Source: the human T2T-CHM13v2.0 reference genome, Homo sapiens
Length of the DNA: 64,000 bases
Assembly: GCF_009914755.1 (NCBI RefSeq)
Contig: NC_060935.1
Reading direction: 5' to 3' (one strand)
Below the pieces are notes generated by a model. That model was not told the origin of the DNA. It searched no databases and saw only the letters and a list, made by a program, of their open reading frames with translations. The position numbers and the translations under genes are program-made. This document shows positions 1 to 15,107 of the stretch, piece by piece; within the stretch, counting starts at the first letter, position 1; every line of letters begins with the position of its first letter.

Positions 1-125
1 TATTTTTAGATATACAATTATATCTACAAATGCTAATTTTGCTTCCTTTTTCCAGTATTTGAAACTTTTATTTTTTCTTTTATCTAATTGCATTGGCTAG
101 TACTTCCAGAACAATGTTAAATCAT
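1..125 (-). mobile_element. Old L1 (L1M) ORF2 fragment
   Basis: ttgcattggctagtacttccagaacaatgttaaat resembles antisense L1 ORF2. Confidence 0.6.
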
Positions 126-149
126 GATTTGAATGTTAAAAGAAAAGGG

Positions 150-660
150 TAGGTATTATCTAGTCAGAGAAAGGAAGAAAAATTCCATCCAGAAGGAACA
201 ACAAATTCAAAGATACAGAGGGACAGGGGAGCTTGGTAGTTTAAGGAACTTCAGAGAGTTCAGTGTGGCAACAGTGAAGGAAGCTTGGGAGGGAGAGGCA
301 GAGGATGAAGCCTGGAGAGGGTCCAGATCACAAAACACCGTGTATCTTACATAAGGCATTGGAGTGTTATCTGTGAGAAACAAGTGATCACTGAAGCCTT
401 TTAAACAAGGGAGTAATGTGATAAGATTGCATTTTGGGTCAGTCTCATCTTAGTGTGGAGAATGGATGATGCATGGCAGTGGGACCAGACTGGAGGCAGT
501 AGACTGTTTGAGAAATGCAGATGAAAATTAATAGAGGACACATTTGAGTGGTATCTGGAAAAATGGACTGTTCTAATTGGTAAGTGAGGGAGAAGTTCAG
601 AAGACTGAGGTATACTGTACGGTTTATCCAGATAGGGAATTTGGTTGCATGAGGAGTCAT
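150..660 (-). mobile_element. L2 fragment
   Basis: Purine-rich antisense L2-like phrases (ttaaggaact...ccagatca...ttttaaacaagggagtaatgtgataagatt). Confidence 0.6.
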
Positions 661-3526
661 GGGTGAGGATGGTATTGGCGTCCAAACTCAGTCTAACAGC
701 AAGGCCCTCCACAATCTACCTTTCTTTTTTTTTCTTTTTTTTCTTTTTCTTTTTTTTTTTTCCTGTTCTCTTTCAAAGAGTTCTAGATTTCTGGCAGCAC
801 AACTCAATCCTTCCTCTGTGTGCCCCTGCTTTTCATCCTCTGTGCCTTTGTGGCTGCTAGCCTTTTCCTTGGCACACCTTTCTTCCCCATCATCTGCAGA
901 TTTATACAGGCTTCAGCAGCTGGCTGGTAAACTTTCTCCAGGAGGTTTTCTCAACCCCTTCAGCAGGAAGTAACTCTTAGAGCATGTTATCTGTGTTTCT
1001 TTTCCATCACTTAACATGTATAGAAGTAGAATTTCCTGTAAAGTTTTAAGCACCTTAAGGTCATTTCTGACCTTGGTGCTTCTCATAATACCTAGGACAA
1101 CTTAATTCAGACAGGAAGATCTTGACATATAAAGGAAAGAAAGAGGGATGGAGAGAGGGAGAAAGGGAAGGAAGGAGGAAGATTGGCAGACTAGGAGTTG
1201 AGCCATCTAAGACACATCCTGCTGGAAAGGTAGGGAAAGTGGTAGATTGTTTCTCATCTGTAAAGTGGTTGTAATGAGACTAACCCAATGACTTATCTAA
1301 GATCATTGGCAAGTTGGCAAGTAATTGGCAAGTTGTGTGAACAAGTGATAACTCAGGTCTTCTACGTGCAGATTATCTTGAATTGCCTATGGAATTATAG
1401 GGGAGCCCTTGAGCCTCCTCTGGGCTGAAATGTTACTACTGTTCCAAGCAAATGGTACAAGCTTGAGATGAAAAATATTACATCTGTTCCTCTGCAGGAG
1501 AATTCATACTGGTGCAGGCGAATTCATAAAGAATTCTGTCTGGTCATGACCCAGACAGAAAGTACAGCAATAGTGGGACTTTATCCTATACTTTTATCTA
1601 AAGCTCTAAGAGATGTTTAATAAGAATAAAGGGTTGGAATTTAGTTCTTTTTTATAAGAATATAGGTAGGCTAGGAAAAATAGAATATGAAATTTTGCAG
1701 TTTTGAAATAGATATGTTTTAATTCAGGACAGAATGGTCAAAGTGCTAAACTCTTAACAATTTGAGAGGTAACATAAGCATAAAAAGCATAAATCAAGGT
1801 ATATAACTGGAAAATATATTCTCTATATATTTTTAACTCTTTCTTAAATAATCCTTTTTAGGATACTTTGGTATTTATCACATTTCTAGCTCAGGTGACA
1901 AGAGCCCTGATTTAAAGCAGTGGGTTATACATTTCTCCATCTTCAGTGAAAGCAACTGATGGGAGGCCTGAATAGCGATGGTTTATTTATAGTTTACTTC
2001 TCCTCTTCCCTCAGAAATATTTAACCTACTCTAGATGAGATTACTATGAGCCCAACCTGCAGGGGAGTCTCTTCTCTAGATTCCATCAAATTTATGATGT
2101 CTGACATTCCGAGGTGGGAGTAGGTGTGGATCTTGGTCAGTAAATCAAGGGGTGGTCTGGGGTTTTCAGAGATACACTCTTAGGGTCTCCAGCCATGCAC
2201 AGAGCTTGCTCAGACTGGAGAAGGAGAGGTGAGAGTTCAGAGTCATATTTTGGCTAGATGCAGCTGCCTTAGTTTAATGTAAAAAAAAAAAAAAAAAGGC
2301 CTACGTGTGTCGATGATTATGACAGTGAGAGGTGGCCTTGCAGAGTATTCATGTCACTAGATGCTTTGTCACTCTTATCTGTAAAACTAGGGTGATGACA
2401 TTATCCACGTTGCACCACACCCTCAGAACCTGAAAAAGTTTGACACAGTAAAACTTGGAAATAATGTTAAAGTAATACACCTGTCTAAACTGGAGAGATT
2501 GACCTTTTGTTTTGAAAGGAATTCTTTTTGAAAGGAATTTATCACCAAGTTAAGGTTCTTTATTAGGGGAAGTGTGCATGTTTTTATATTAATTTTCTTA
2601 GCTGTTCATGTTAAGGCTGCCTATATTTTTATGCCTTTTCAGTCTCTTCATGCTTTTATTTTTCTCTCCTTTTTGCAAATATCAGCAAAGCTTTGTCATC
2701 TCCCTAAATATCCTATATTACTTCTAACTTTTATGTCATTTCTGGTCTTGCCTCTTGGCAGACCTTCATCCACACATCTGGGGCTAGCCTCTATAGCTAG
2801 GGTTCTGCTTGGACACCCTCCTCATTTTACTTCTGTTTCTCTGCCAGATGTGAACATATGTAGGAGGACAGAGACAGAGACAAGTGAGCTTCAAACAGTG
2901 AATTCATGTGTCACCAAAGCTATGTCCTCTCAGTGACAGCTTTTTAAAAACTAAATGTAATATAGTCTGAAAATTATGTAGAGTGGAGTGTTTTCCCATG
3001 TTATTTTTCTATGATGTGATTTAAAAGATTATACTGCATCTTATCAATGTTATAATTTTATTTACATTTTTGATAGATGGTTTTTTTTTCCAAGTTTGCT
3101 ATCATAGGTAACACTAATAAAGATACCCCAGATTTTTTTCCTTTCTGCATTTACTTTACCAGATTTAAAACAGAAAGAGAAGAGAGTAGGGGTTCTTATG
3201 GCCATTGACAAAAATTGATGAGAAAAATGGGGAAGCATCTTAAAATGAATTATTATACCCAGAATAAGAATGAGGTTGAAAAACAAGAGCTTTTTCTATG
3301 AAATCTAGCCAGAGTGGCAACTTCACTGCAATCAAAGCCTCAGATGAGGATTAGATACTTCCCTGGACTTCCTCTAAGCCTCAGTCTAGCTCTAGTTTTT
3401 GAAGATAGAAAGGGCAAGGGATCAGCCAGATGAGAGTATTGCATAAGAGCACTTGATTGGCAAGAATCACCCAGGGGGATCAGAAATCACAGCTGTGGGC
3501 AAAATGTGGTAGAGTGTGCCATGGGG

Positions 3527-3686
3527 CAGTGGTTCTCAATCTTTAGTAGGCATCAGAATACAGAGTGCTGCCACTCCACCCTGAGATTCAGATTGGGTAG
3601 GTCTGGGGTAGGAACCTAGAATTCGCATTTCTAGCAAGTTCTCAAGTGTTGGATATTGATGCTGCTGGTCCAGGGACCATATTTTG
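3527..3686. mobile_element. MER5A-like hAT-Charlie MITE
   Basis: cagtggttctcaa terminal repeat; gtaggtctggggt...gcatttctagcaagtt...gatgctgctggtccagggacca. Confidence 0.8.
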
Positions 3687-5090
3687 ATGTGGGATTTCAT
3701 TCACTGTGAGTGTCCTAACTCACTCCCTGGAGAAGGCTCTTCCTTTCTCCTCATCCATTTCCTCCTCTTAACCCTGCGGGGCTTGGATTAGAGGCATCCA
3801 GAGGCTGGGTTCAGACTAAATCTGTCTCAGCTACATGAAAAACTCAGGGCTGCCTATACTTAGATGTCCAGACGGTGGCCCTCACTCACAAAGGTTGTGG
3901 TTGTACAAGCAGCTGAAAATATCACTCAGCTATAAACACTAACAAGCAATAAATCACTCTGCAAGCTGAAGAAGCACTAGCTCGGATGTATGAAGCAGAA
4001 CTCTAAGTTGAAAAGATACCAGGTTAACAGTCTGTGTAACTCAACTCAGCACCCTGTAAGTTGTGGAATGTTTCTCTGGAATTTGAAAGCCTACCCTGCC
4101 CCCCAGGAGGCCTTCTTGGCTTATTCTCTCCATCTTCCTCCTACTGCCTAGATATGATTAAAAAAAAAAATGTATGGAATTTAGAAATTTTAGCTTGAAT
4201 TTAAGGTAAGTTTAAGCTTTTTGAAGTCTATTGTTTTTATAGGTATCACATTTATAGGATCACATTTGCACAAGTGATCCAGTATGCTACCCTAAATTCC
4301 AGACCTTTCCTTGAGTAGTACCTTTTACTTCTTTGGAAGTGAGCTAGAAAGTCTCAGGATGTCAGCAGCCAGGGAATAAGGAAAGCTGAACTGGGTCTGC
4401 AGATGGAGAGATGCAGAAAGACACAGAGAGCTTGATCTGGGGCCCCAAGCAAAGAACTTGGCCAATTCTGATGGTCAGATAGAAAATGGTAAAGAAAATG
4501 AAAATCACAAGCCAGATCCAGATGGGGAGGATAGATAAAGAATATGAAAAGACGGACTCGAGGATATTGCTAAGATGATCTTGTCAATCAGAAGAGCATA
4601 CTAGAGCTTTTGTAGCAGAGATAAACTAATGTGCCTGTGTAACACACATCTGCGTGGCAGCCCCAGTGGTGGTGCTGGATGAATGAATCTACACACATTG
4701 TTTCCTTAGATGCAGTCCTGCCTTCATTGCTTACTTAGAGTTCACTTTTATGGCTCTAGCTTTCATGAATCAAAACCTGACTGCTTCCTTACATCACACA
4801 GCTTGTGGGAGGGCAGTGAGTAGAATAGTTTTTCAGAGTCCGTGGGAGCTTGATCTGGCAGCAGATTAATTAAGAACATACTGAATGTTTTGGCAAAGTA
4901 ATCTTTCATGTACCAACTATCACTTATATTAGCACATCAAATTCCCTTTCCCCTTTTTTCAGGGGCCATTGTAATTCTCCCTTGAGGTCTGCTTAAATGA
5001 TTCAATAATAGAACTTACCAGGGAAATGTGATAATTAAGTATTATAACCTCAAGATAATGAATTTTGTTTCCGTTTCTAATATTCTGTCC

Positions 5091-5370
5091 TTTTTATGTG
5101 TCTCCCAATTGATTAATATTTGAGTATAATTTTCTAATAAATGGGTCATTACAGCTGCAGATTAGGAAACTTTACACACTGCTTCAATGAGAGGTTGATT
5201 CTTGACTTTTGTGTCTCCCAATTGATTAATGTGTCTCCCAATTGATTAATTTTTTATGTGTCTCCCAATTGATTAATATTTGAGTGTAAATTTCTAATAA
5301 ATGGGTCATTACAGCTGCAGGTTAGAAAACTTTACACATTGCTTCAACCAGAGGTTGATTCTTGACTTTT
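5091..5370. repeat. Complex tandem duplication: 120-bp unit x2 separated by two extra copies of a 20-mer
   Basis: 5091-5210 vs 5251-5370 show 7 mismatches in 120 bp. GTGTCTCCCAATTGATTAAT occurs at 5098, 5211, 5231 and 5258. Confidence 0.97.
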
Positions 5371-5479
5371 GGCTCTCCCTTTTTTTTCCCTCAGCTATAT
5401 TTCTTGGTTTTGTGTTTTAGAAAATAGTGCGGCTTAAAAATTCAAGTAAAAGAAACCATAGAATGAAAATTAGGGCCTG

Positions 5480-7800
<2,321 letters not shown>

Positions 7801-7839
7801 ATTGTCCACCTATCTATATTTTGTTTATTTAAATTGATC

Positions 7840-9700
7840 TAAAAACTATATTTTCTAAATTTTAACTTTTTACGTTGACATATTTCAGAATTAAATTTCT
7901 AAAAATAGTACACTCTTTACCCAGATTTCTTAAATGTTTCTGTGTACTCTTCACCCAGATTCTTCAACTGTTTATCTTTTATCACAGTTGCTTTATTCCT
8001 TTTTCTCTGGGTACATGTGTATGTGTATTTTTTCCCCTGAATTTTTTGGAAGTTGCAGATATAATGCACCTTTATCTCTAAATACTTCTTATACAAAATC
8101 ACAATAAAGTGATTGAAATCGTCAAGACATAAACATTGGTGCAATATTATTATTTAATCTGTAGATCTTATTTCGATTTCATCAGTTATCCTAATAATGT
8201 CCATTAGAACAAAAGAAAATCCAAGACCATGCATTGCATTCATGTCTCTTTAGCCTCCTTTTTAAGTCTAGAACAATTTCTCAGTCTTTCTTTTTCTTAC
8301 CTGAAATTGACATTTTTGAAGAGCACATGTCTTTCTGTAAGACGTCCTTTGATTTGGGTTTATTATTTTGTAAGTTATTTTGTAAGATATCCTTTGATTT
8401 GGGTTTGTCTGATGCTTTTGCATGATGAGATTCAAATTATGCATTTTGACAGGAGTGTCATATAAGTAATGTGTTCTCAATGTATCATATTGGAGAACAC
8501 ATGATGTCAATTTGTCCTATTACTGGTGATGATAACTTGGATCACAGGTTTCTGGGAGTTTCTCCAATGTCATGCCAAGTTACTACTTTTCCTTTTATTA
8601 TGTGTCTTGTGGGGTACTACTTTGAGACTATGTGAATATCCTGTTACTCCTCAAAGTTTCACCCACTAGAATTTTAGCATCCATTGGTGATTCTTGCCTG
8701 AATCAGTTGTTATAGTGGTTGCCAAATAGTGATTTTCCAGTTCTTATTCTCTATCTTCTCAAATAAGTTACTAATTTTTTTGAGGGTGATTTGTCTTTTT
8801 AAACCTGAAGATTGTTGAGTTTAAAGGTTCTTCTTTAATCCATTTTTGGAAAGTTTTCATTCTCTCTTTGAATATTACATATCTGCAATTCTCACTAATC
8901 TTTCCTTCTAGAATTCTATTAAATCTTTGTTAGGCCTTTTATTCTGTCCTTACCTTATGTCTCTCAGCTTTGTTTTGTTTCGTTCATCAGGTTTTCCACA
9001 TTTTTCTCTCTCTGTGCTGCATGCTAGATAACTTTTTCACATCTATTTTCCTATTTTCTTCATCTTTGACTAATGTGTTTTTTACCCATTCATCATGATT
9101 TAAATTTCAGTGGTTATTTGTAGAAGTTCTATTTGATTATTTTTCAAATCTGTCTGCCTGGCCTTCTTCATAGCATCTTTTTTTCTCACATTTTTAATTC
9201 CTTCTTTTATATCTTTAATCATTTGAGACACTTACTTTATATTCTTCATCCAATTTTCTGAATTCCTGTGAGGTCTGATCTTGTCATTTGTCTACTGTCC
9301 ACTGCTCTTGTTGCATTGTTTCCTTAGATGTTTTATAATTTTGGAATGTGAGTTCATCTCACATGTGAGGTTTTCTGTGGAAATTCTCCCATCCTGGGAT
9401 AAGGAGGTATTTTCCAGAGAATTTGTTTTTGTTTATTTTGCTTCTTCAACATTAATGTCTCACTGGAGGTTTCTGAACCACTCAGATAATTCATTGAAAC
9501 CCCAAACCTGCATGAGCCCCAGCCTCTGTTAAAAGCTCCCAAGGGAAACAGAGCTGACTTGGTTACGAAGCAGTAAGCTCTTTCTCTTTCTGCAAGTTGG
9601 TGAAAACATGCTGTTCCAGGGAATTTTATTTTTTCATGTATCATGATATTTACGCTGGGAAGCCTTGTTTTCCCATGTTATAGAGCATTCTTGGTTTAAT
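7840..9700 (-). mobile_element. Old L1 (L1MC/L1ME-like) fragments
   Basis: Antisense L1M 3' UTR phrases (gaagttgcagatataatgcacc; ttcaaattatgcattttgacagg) followed by T-rich L1 body. Internal short duplication at about 8335-8406. Confidence 0.6.
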
Positions 9701-9827
9701 AAAACTAGCTAAAAATTACATTTTTTCTTAAAGTAAGTGCTCTTTCCACGTGAGAACTACTTTTTTTTGTTTGGTTTGAAGGTAAGAAAGGGAGGAGGAA
9801 CTTTTCTCTTTATATAATTACATTGAG

Positions 9828-10182
<355 letters not shown>

Positions 10183-12340
10183 TCAGTTTTTTAAGTTGTC
10201 AGCAATTAATTGTAAACACTAGTGTAGTACTCTTCATTATGGTAAATACAGTTGTCTTAAGATGAATGGCTCATATTTTGGTACAGTGCTTGATGTTCAA
10301 AACAAAATGTTGCAAAACAATAAGCAAACATAAATTGAAAGAAAAAATTCCCCAGGAGGATTCCCCCTCACCCACATCACCAAGCTCAGGTTGAGAAAGA
10401 AAAGTGACTTTTGTTGCTTCTGTGTACTAGTGAGAGACTTTTTCTGGCCCACTCTTTCACTGATTGTATAGGCCTTCAAGGGATCTGGTTTAATGTACAA
10501 GTCTCACTTCTAACTTCCTTACTTCCTGTGCCCAAAACCAAGTCTCCTGTTCCAGCATGAGCGTTAAAACCAACTACATTGCCAACCCCTGCAACAAGCT
10601 TGGCCCTCTGCGGTGCCACAGTGCCAACTAGCTCCTGGGCGTTCAGCTTTCATTTGCAGTTTTTTCTTCATTTTTGGTCCCTAGGGACTTATCTTTTCCA
10701 GTGACCTCAGCTGTATATTTAAAATAATTTTTGTTCTATTTTATACTACATTTCTATGTTTTATAGCAAGAGGATTTTGAAAAAGGAAGGCTTCATCTGT
10801 TTTACCTTCCAAAAATTTGTTGAACTCTGGTCCATTCTTGTTTCCAATAAAAGGTTTTTTTTTGCCCTTGTGGGTTCATGCCTTTTTTTCAGGAAGAAGC
10901 AGAGATGGAGCACAGCAGACAAAACATATGCTTTATTGGAATTCCAGAGAAATTAATATTTAAGAAATCACTTTATTGTGGAGTCTCTTCTTTCCACTCT
11001 GTATCAACTTTCATTTTGGTGTTAGGCTCCTAACAGCTCAAACTATACAGAAACTGTGGTTTTCTTGGTTATAACTGTGTTGGTGTTTTGAGCTTGGATG
11101 CCTTAAGCTGTAATTTAATCACTCCCCAAAGTTCTTATTTACCAAGCCAATGAAGTCTTCCCCTATACCATAGATGACCTCTCTAATATGGTCAGGGGCT
11201 ACCAACAATCATTTTTATGCCCAGATCAGAGAATGAGCTACTCTTTCAAACTGTCAGAGCATTTCAAGTATGGGAGAATCAGTTGAAACTGTAAATTTGT
11301 TTTACCTCTCATAAGATGTAGTAGTATAAGCCATCATGAACATTGTTGGACACTTTGTCTTTGGTTTATAGATTGGCTTTCTTTGTTTGAATCAGATAAG
11401 TCACTAGTTTTTTCACTGAAGCATTTAAGTATTTTCAGTGTATTTATGAAGTAGCAGGTCCAAGGATGATGATTGAAGACCTTGTTCTAAATAATCTAAA
11501 TCTTTTGTACTGTAAAACAGCTGAACTGTTATTTTTAACATATCAAATTATAAACCAATAAAATCAATGGTATGTTATCTTTGCCAGTATCTTAAGCAAT
11601 CATACTATAGATATATTTAGTGAAATTTATTACTTGCAGACTGCTGTAACTCATGAATTATTAAAAGTATCAGCATATGGAACCCTCTCTTCCCTCATTC
11701 CAAATTCTTTTAATATGGCTTATGTTGAACCATTTAAATGGTTTCTGTCCATCCCACTAATGGAAGCTGCAGCCAGATGAGGGTTCTTATAAATGATTGG
11801 CTTTCTTTCCAAGCAAGAGGAGGATGAAATGTCAACTTTTTCCTCTACTACCTGAAAAGCAATCAGTGGCAACCTTTCTTGCTCTCCTTGACAGTAGTTT
11901 GGCTTTATGGAAGAAGGGTGGGCATTTAGCCAAATGTGAATTTCAGTGCTATATGAAGAAAAAAATTGACGTAGCTAAAACTCAGATAATAACAGGAATT
12001 TTCAAGAGGCATTCAAATGGGTTTAACCTGTGAGCCTTCCAGTAAACTAACTGTAGCCCAGAAATTCCTAAACTGCACGTTTCAATCCCTTTTTTCTTGA
12101 GGATGATCTGAGTGACTTGAGGTTACTTACCAAATCTCTCTTTGCAACAATTTGCCCATCTGTAGGACTGAAATTAGGGATAATGATAGCTTCAGAAGAA
12201 TAGTGTAACAATTAGCAACTGATTATTTTCTGATCATATGATTATCTGATTATGTCTGATTATAATTAAGGCCATTGCAAAGGACATTTGGAATCAAACC
12301 TGAGCTCAAAACCATTTATTAGCTTGACCTTGTACAAAAT

Positions 12341-12441
12341 TTCCTTCCTTCCTTCCTTCCTTCCTTCCTTCCTTCCTTCCTTCCTTCCTTCCTTCCTTCC
12401 CTCCTTCCCTCCTCCCTCCCTCCGTCCCTCCCTCCCTCCCT
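12341..12441. repeat. (CCTT)n/(CCCT)n microsatellite
   Basis: Direct reading; about 100 bp, nearly all pyrimidine. Confidence 0.97.
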
Positions 12442-12443
12442 TC

Positions 12444-12806
12444 TGCAGCGGCACAATCATAGCTCCCTACAGCCTTGACCTCCTGGGCTCAAGTGATCCT
12501 CCCACCTCAGCCTCCTGAGTAGCTGGGATTATAGGTGTGCACCACATGCCGTGCTACTTTTAAAAAATCTTATTTTTGTAGAGTGCAATGGCATGATCAC
12601 AGCTCACTGCAGCCTCAAACTCCTGGGCTCCACCAATCCTCCTGCTTCAGCCTCCTAAGTAACTAGGACCATAGGCTTGCACCACTATATCCAGCTAATT
12701 TTTTTTTTTTGTAGTGACAGGGTCTTACTATGTTTCCCAGGCTGATGTTGAACTCCTGGCCTCCAGCTCTTGAACTCCTGGCCTCGAGCAATCCTCCCAC
12801 CCCGGC
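12444..12806 (-). mobile_element. AluJ mosaic (two right arms plus a left arm)
   Basis: Two successive gctc(c/a)ct(a/g)cagcct...ctcctgggctc blocks, then a left arm containing a ttgaactcctggcctc duplication. Confidence 0.85.
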
Positions 12807-12940
12807 AAGTTTCTTATCTCTTTGAATTTCATTATTCTTATCTGTAAAATGAGGATACTTATTTCAGAGAACTATTCTAAGAAATTAATGATATACATGG
12901 AAGCACTTTGTAAGTGGTGTGGAGCTATGAGAAGTGAAGT
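12807..12940 (+). mobile_element. MIR
   Basis: MIR core: ttcttatctgtaaaatgagg...aagcactttgtaag. Confidence 0.7.
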
Positions 12941-13299
12941 GTTGATAATTATAAGGTTGATAGTATAATGCTGTATCACATGGAAACATAAATTTTAGAA
13001 TTGGGTGGGACTCTGGAGAGGAAAATTAAAAATACAGGAGGGTATTTTTTGTGCCCAGATAGGTCTTATTATGTATTTTCTCTTGTTTATTCCTTACAAC
13101 AAAAGGTAGCATTCCGTTAGCTCTATTCTTACAGATGAAGGAAGTGAGACATATTTATATTCAAGGCCCATCCACTGATCACCTCTTTTTTTAAATGAGG
13201 AAATGGAGGTCCAAAAAAGTATGTTGATTCATCTAATGCAGAGATTCTGTGCCCATCATTCCATCTATTATACTGCTTTCTTTTCATATAATTGTTTTC

Positions 13300-14420
13300 A
13301 TCTTGTACCCAAATTTGGCCCCCAAGTTAAACAGGGAACACAATGACACATAAGTACAGTGGCAGTGTAAATATAAAAAAGACTTCTGTCCCTGGCTTTC
13401 TGATAGGTTAGATATGCTAAGTGACCTCCTTAAGTGAACAACTAAAATATTGAATGAAGTATTATAAAGCAATTTTAACCTATTGCTGAGCTGGCAGGAA
13501 AGTAAGGTATTTGCTAATCCCCAAATCAAAGTGAAACTTGGTATCCTGGGAGGTGAGTGGGAGCCAAAATCAGCTTTTGCCATGGAGACTTTTGTAGACC
13601 TTGATGATCTGGAGCTTTGACCTGGTAACTCTGTGAAGTAAGGGACAGGGATTAGGATTTAAATCCTGTGGCCCATCCAACTCTCACAAGAACTTCTTGG
13701 ATGAAGCTAGGAAACTAAAAGATTATGTCTTCAGTGAAAGAGTAAAGAAGGAGTAAACCTGTCTGTATTGACCCTTGTGATTAAGAACTGCAATCACAAG
13801 CCACCCCCACATGGATTCATACTACAGTTATCATCCAAATAAGCCTTATGAAGGGAATTTAGTTGAAAGTGGCTTTGTATTGATAGGAACCAGCAGAAGC
13901 AGACACAAACCCTGTCATAAGGACCATATTTTCAGTCCAGGTCTCAAATAATTCTTATAAATTAAGTGTCTGAGGACAATTAGCAGCTCACAACCATAAA
14001 GCTATAGGCAATATTGTGAGCGAGAACTACCAGAAACAGACATGCAAGGGCTTGCAATTATTAGATTAGATTATTAGAGTCAATGAAATTGTTCAGAATG
14101 CAGCCCAAAGAGACAAAGAGGTGGAAAATATGAAGAAGTGAAGTAATATAGAGAACAGAGAGAGAAGGTCCAACATACGTCTAAGCTGAGTTCCAGAAGA
14201 AGAGGTGGGGAATGGAAAGAAGCCCTATTGAAAGGATCAGAGCTGAGAATTTTCCACAATTGTTGAATGACACAGGCCGCAGATCCAGGAAGACTAGCAG
14301 ACCACAAGCAGGATAAGTAAAAGTAAATTTACAGCCTGGTAATCATAATGAGACTGCAGTAAACCAAAGAAAAAGCAAAGATCTTAAAAGCAGCTGTAGG
14401 AAAAAGAGAATAGCAGTAGA
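13300..14420 (+). mobile_element. Old L1 5'/ORF1 region (L1ME-like)
   Basis: A-rich sense L1 ORF1 phrases (gagaaggtccaacatacgtcta...gctgagaattttccacaatt...aaagatcttaaaagcagct). Confidence 0.65.
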
Positions 14421-14724
14421 CATATTTGGCCTGCTCTTGTGATCCTGAGTTAGTCTCTGGCTCAGTTTCTTCAGATATCAGTCATGGTACTTGTTAGTTC
14501 AGTACCCCCAAATGTGATGCCACCATTTAGAAAACTCACTTATGAGCAAATTGCTGTAAATAGGTTTCAGGAGCTTTAAGTTGATAATTAACTATCTTAC
14601 TTAGTTGAAGCCTTAAGAGGATTTCTAGCCTTTGATTTTCTCCATTTTTCACATGTCTGTTTAATGGTTGGTCAGTGAGATTTGGCCTTCAGTGTTATTC
14701 TTGTTTTTCAGAACAGTCAGTTAT

Positions 14725-15107
14725 TGTATTAGTCTGTTCTCACATCACTGTAGAGAATTACCTGAGACTGGATAATTTAGAAAGAAAAGAGGTTTAATTG
14801 GCTCTTGTTTCTGCAGGCTGTACAGGCTTCTGCTTCTGGGGAAGCCACAGGAAACTTACAATCATGGCGGAAGGCAAAAGGGAAGCTGGCATGTCTTACA
14901 TAGCTGGAGCAGGAGGAAGAGAGAAGGGGGAGGTACTACACACTTCTAAACAACCAGATCTTGGGAGAACTCACTCACTGTCATGAGAACAGCAAGGGGG
15001 AAACCCACCCCCATGATTCATTTATATCCCACCAGGCCCCTCCTCCAACATTGGGGATTACAATTCAATGTGAGATTTGAGCAGGAACACAAATCCAAAC
15101 CATATCA
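14725..15107 (-). mobile_element. MST (MSTA/MSTB-like) ERVL-MaLR solo LTR
   Basis: tgtattagtctgttctcac...aaatccaaaccatatca with TG...CA ends and a perfect 5-bp TSD gttat (14720-14724 and 15108-15112). Confidence 0.93.

Noticed and set aside
5211-5277. CRISPR-like array of repeated 20-mers
   Set aside because: Human intron, no unique spacers and no cas genes; explained by local duplication.
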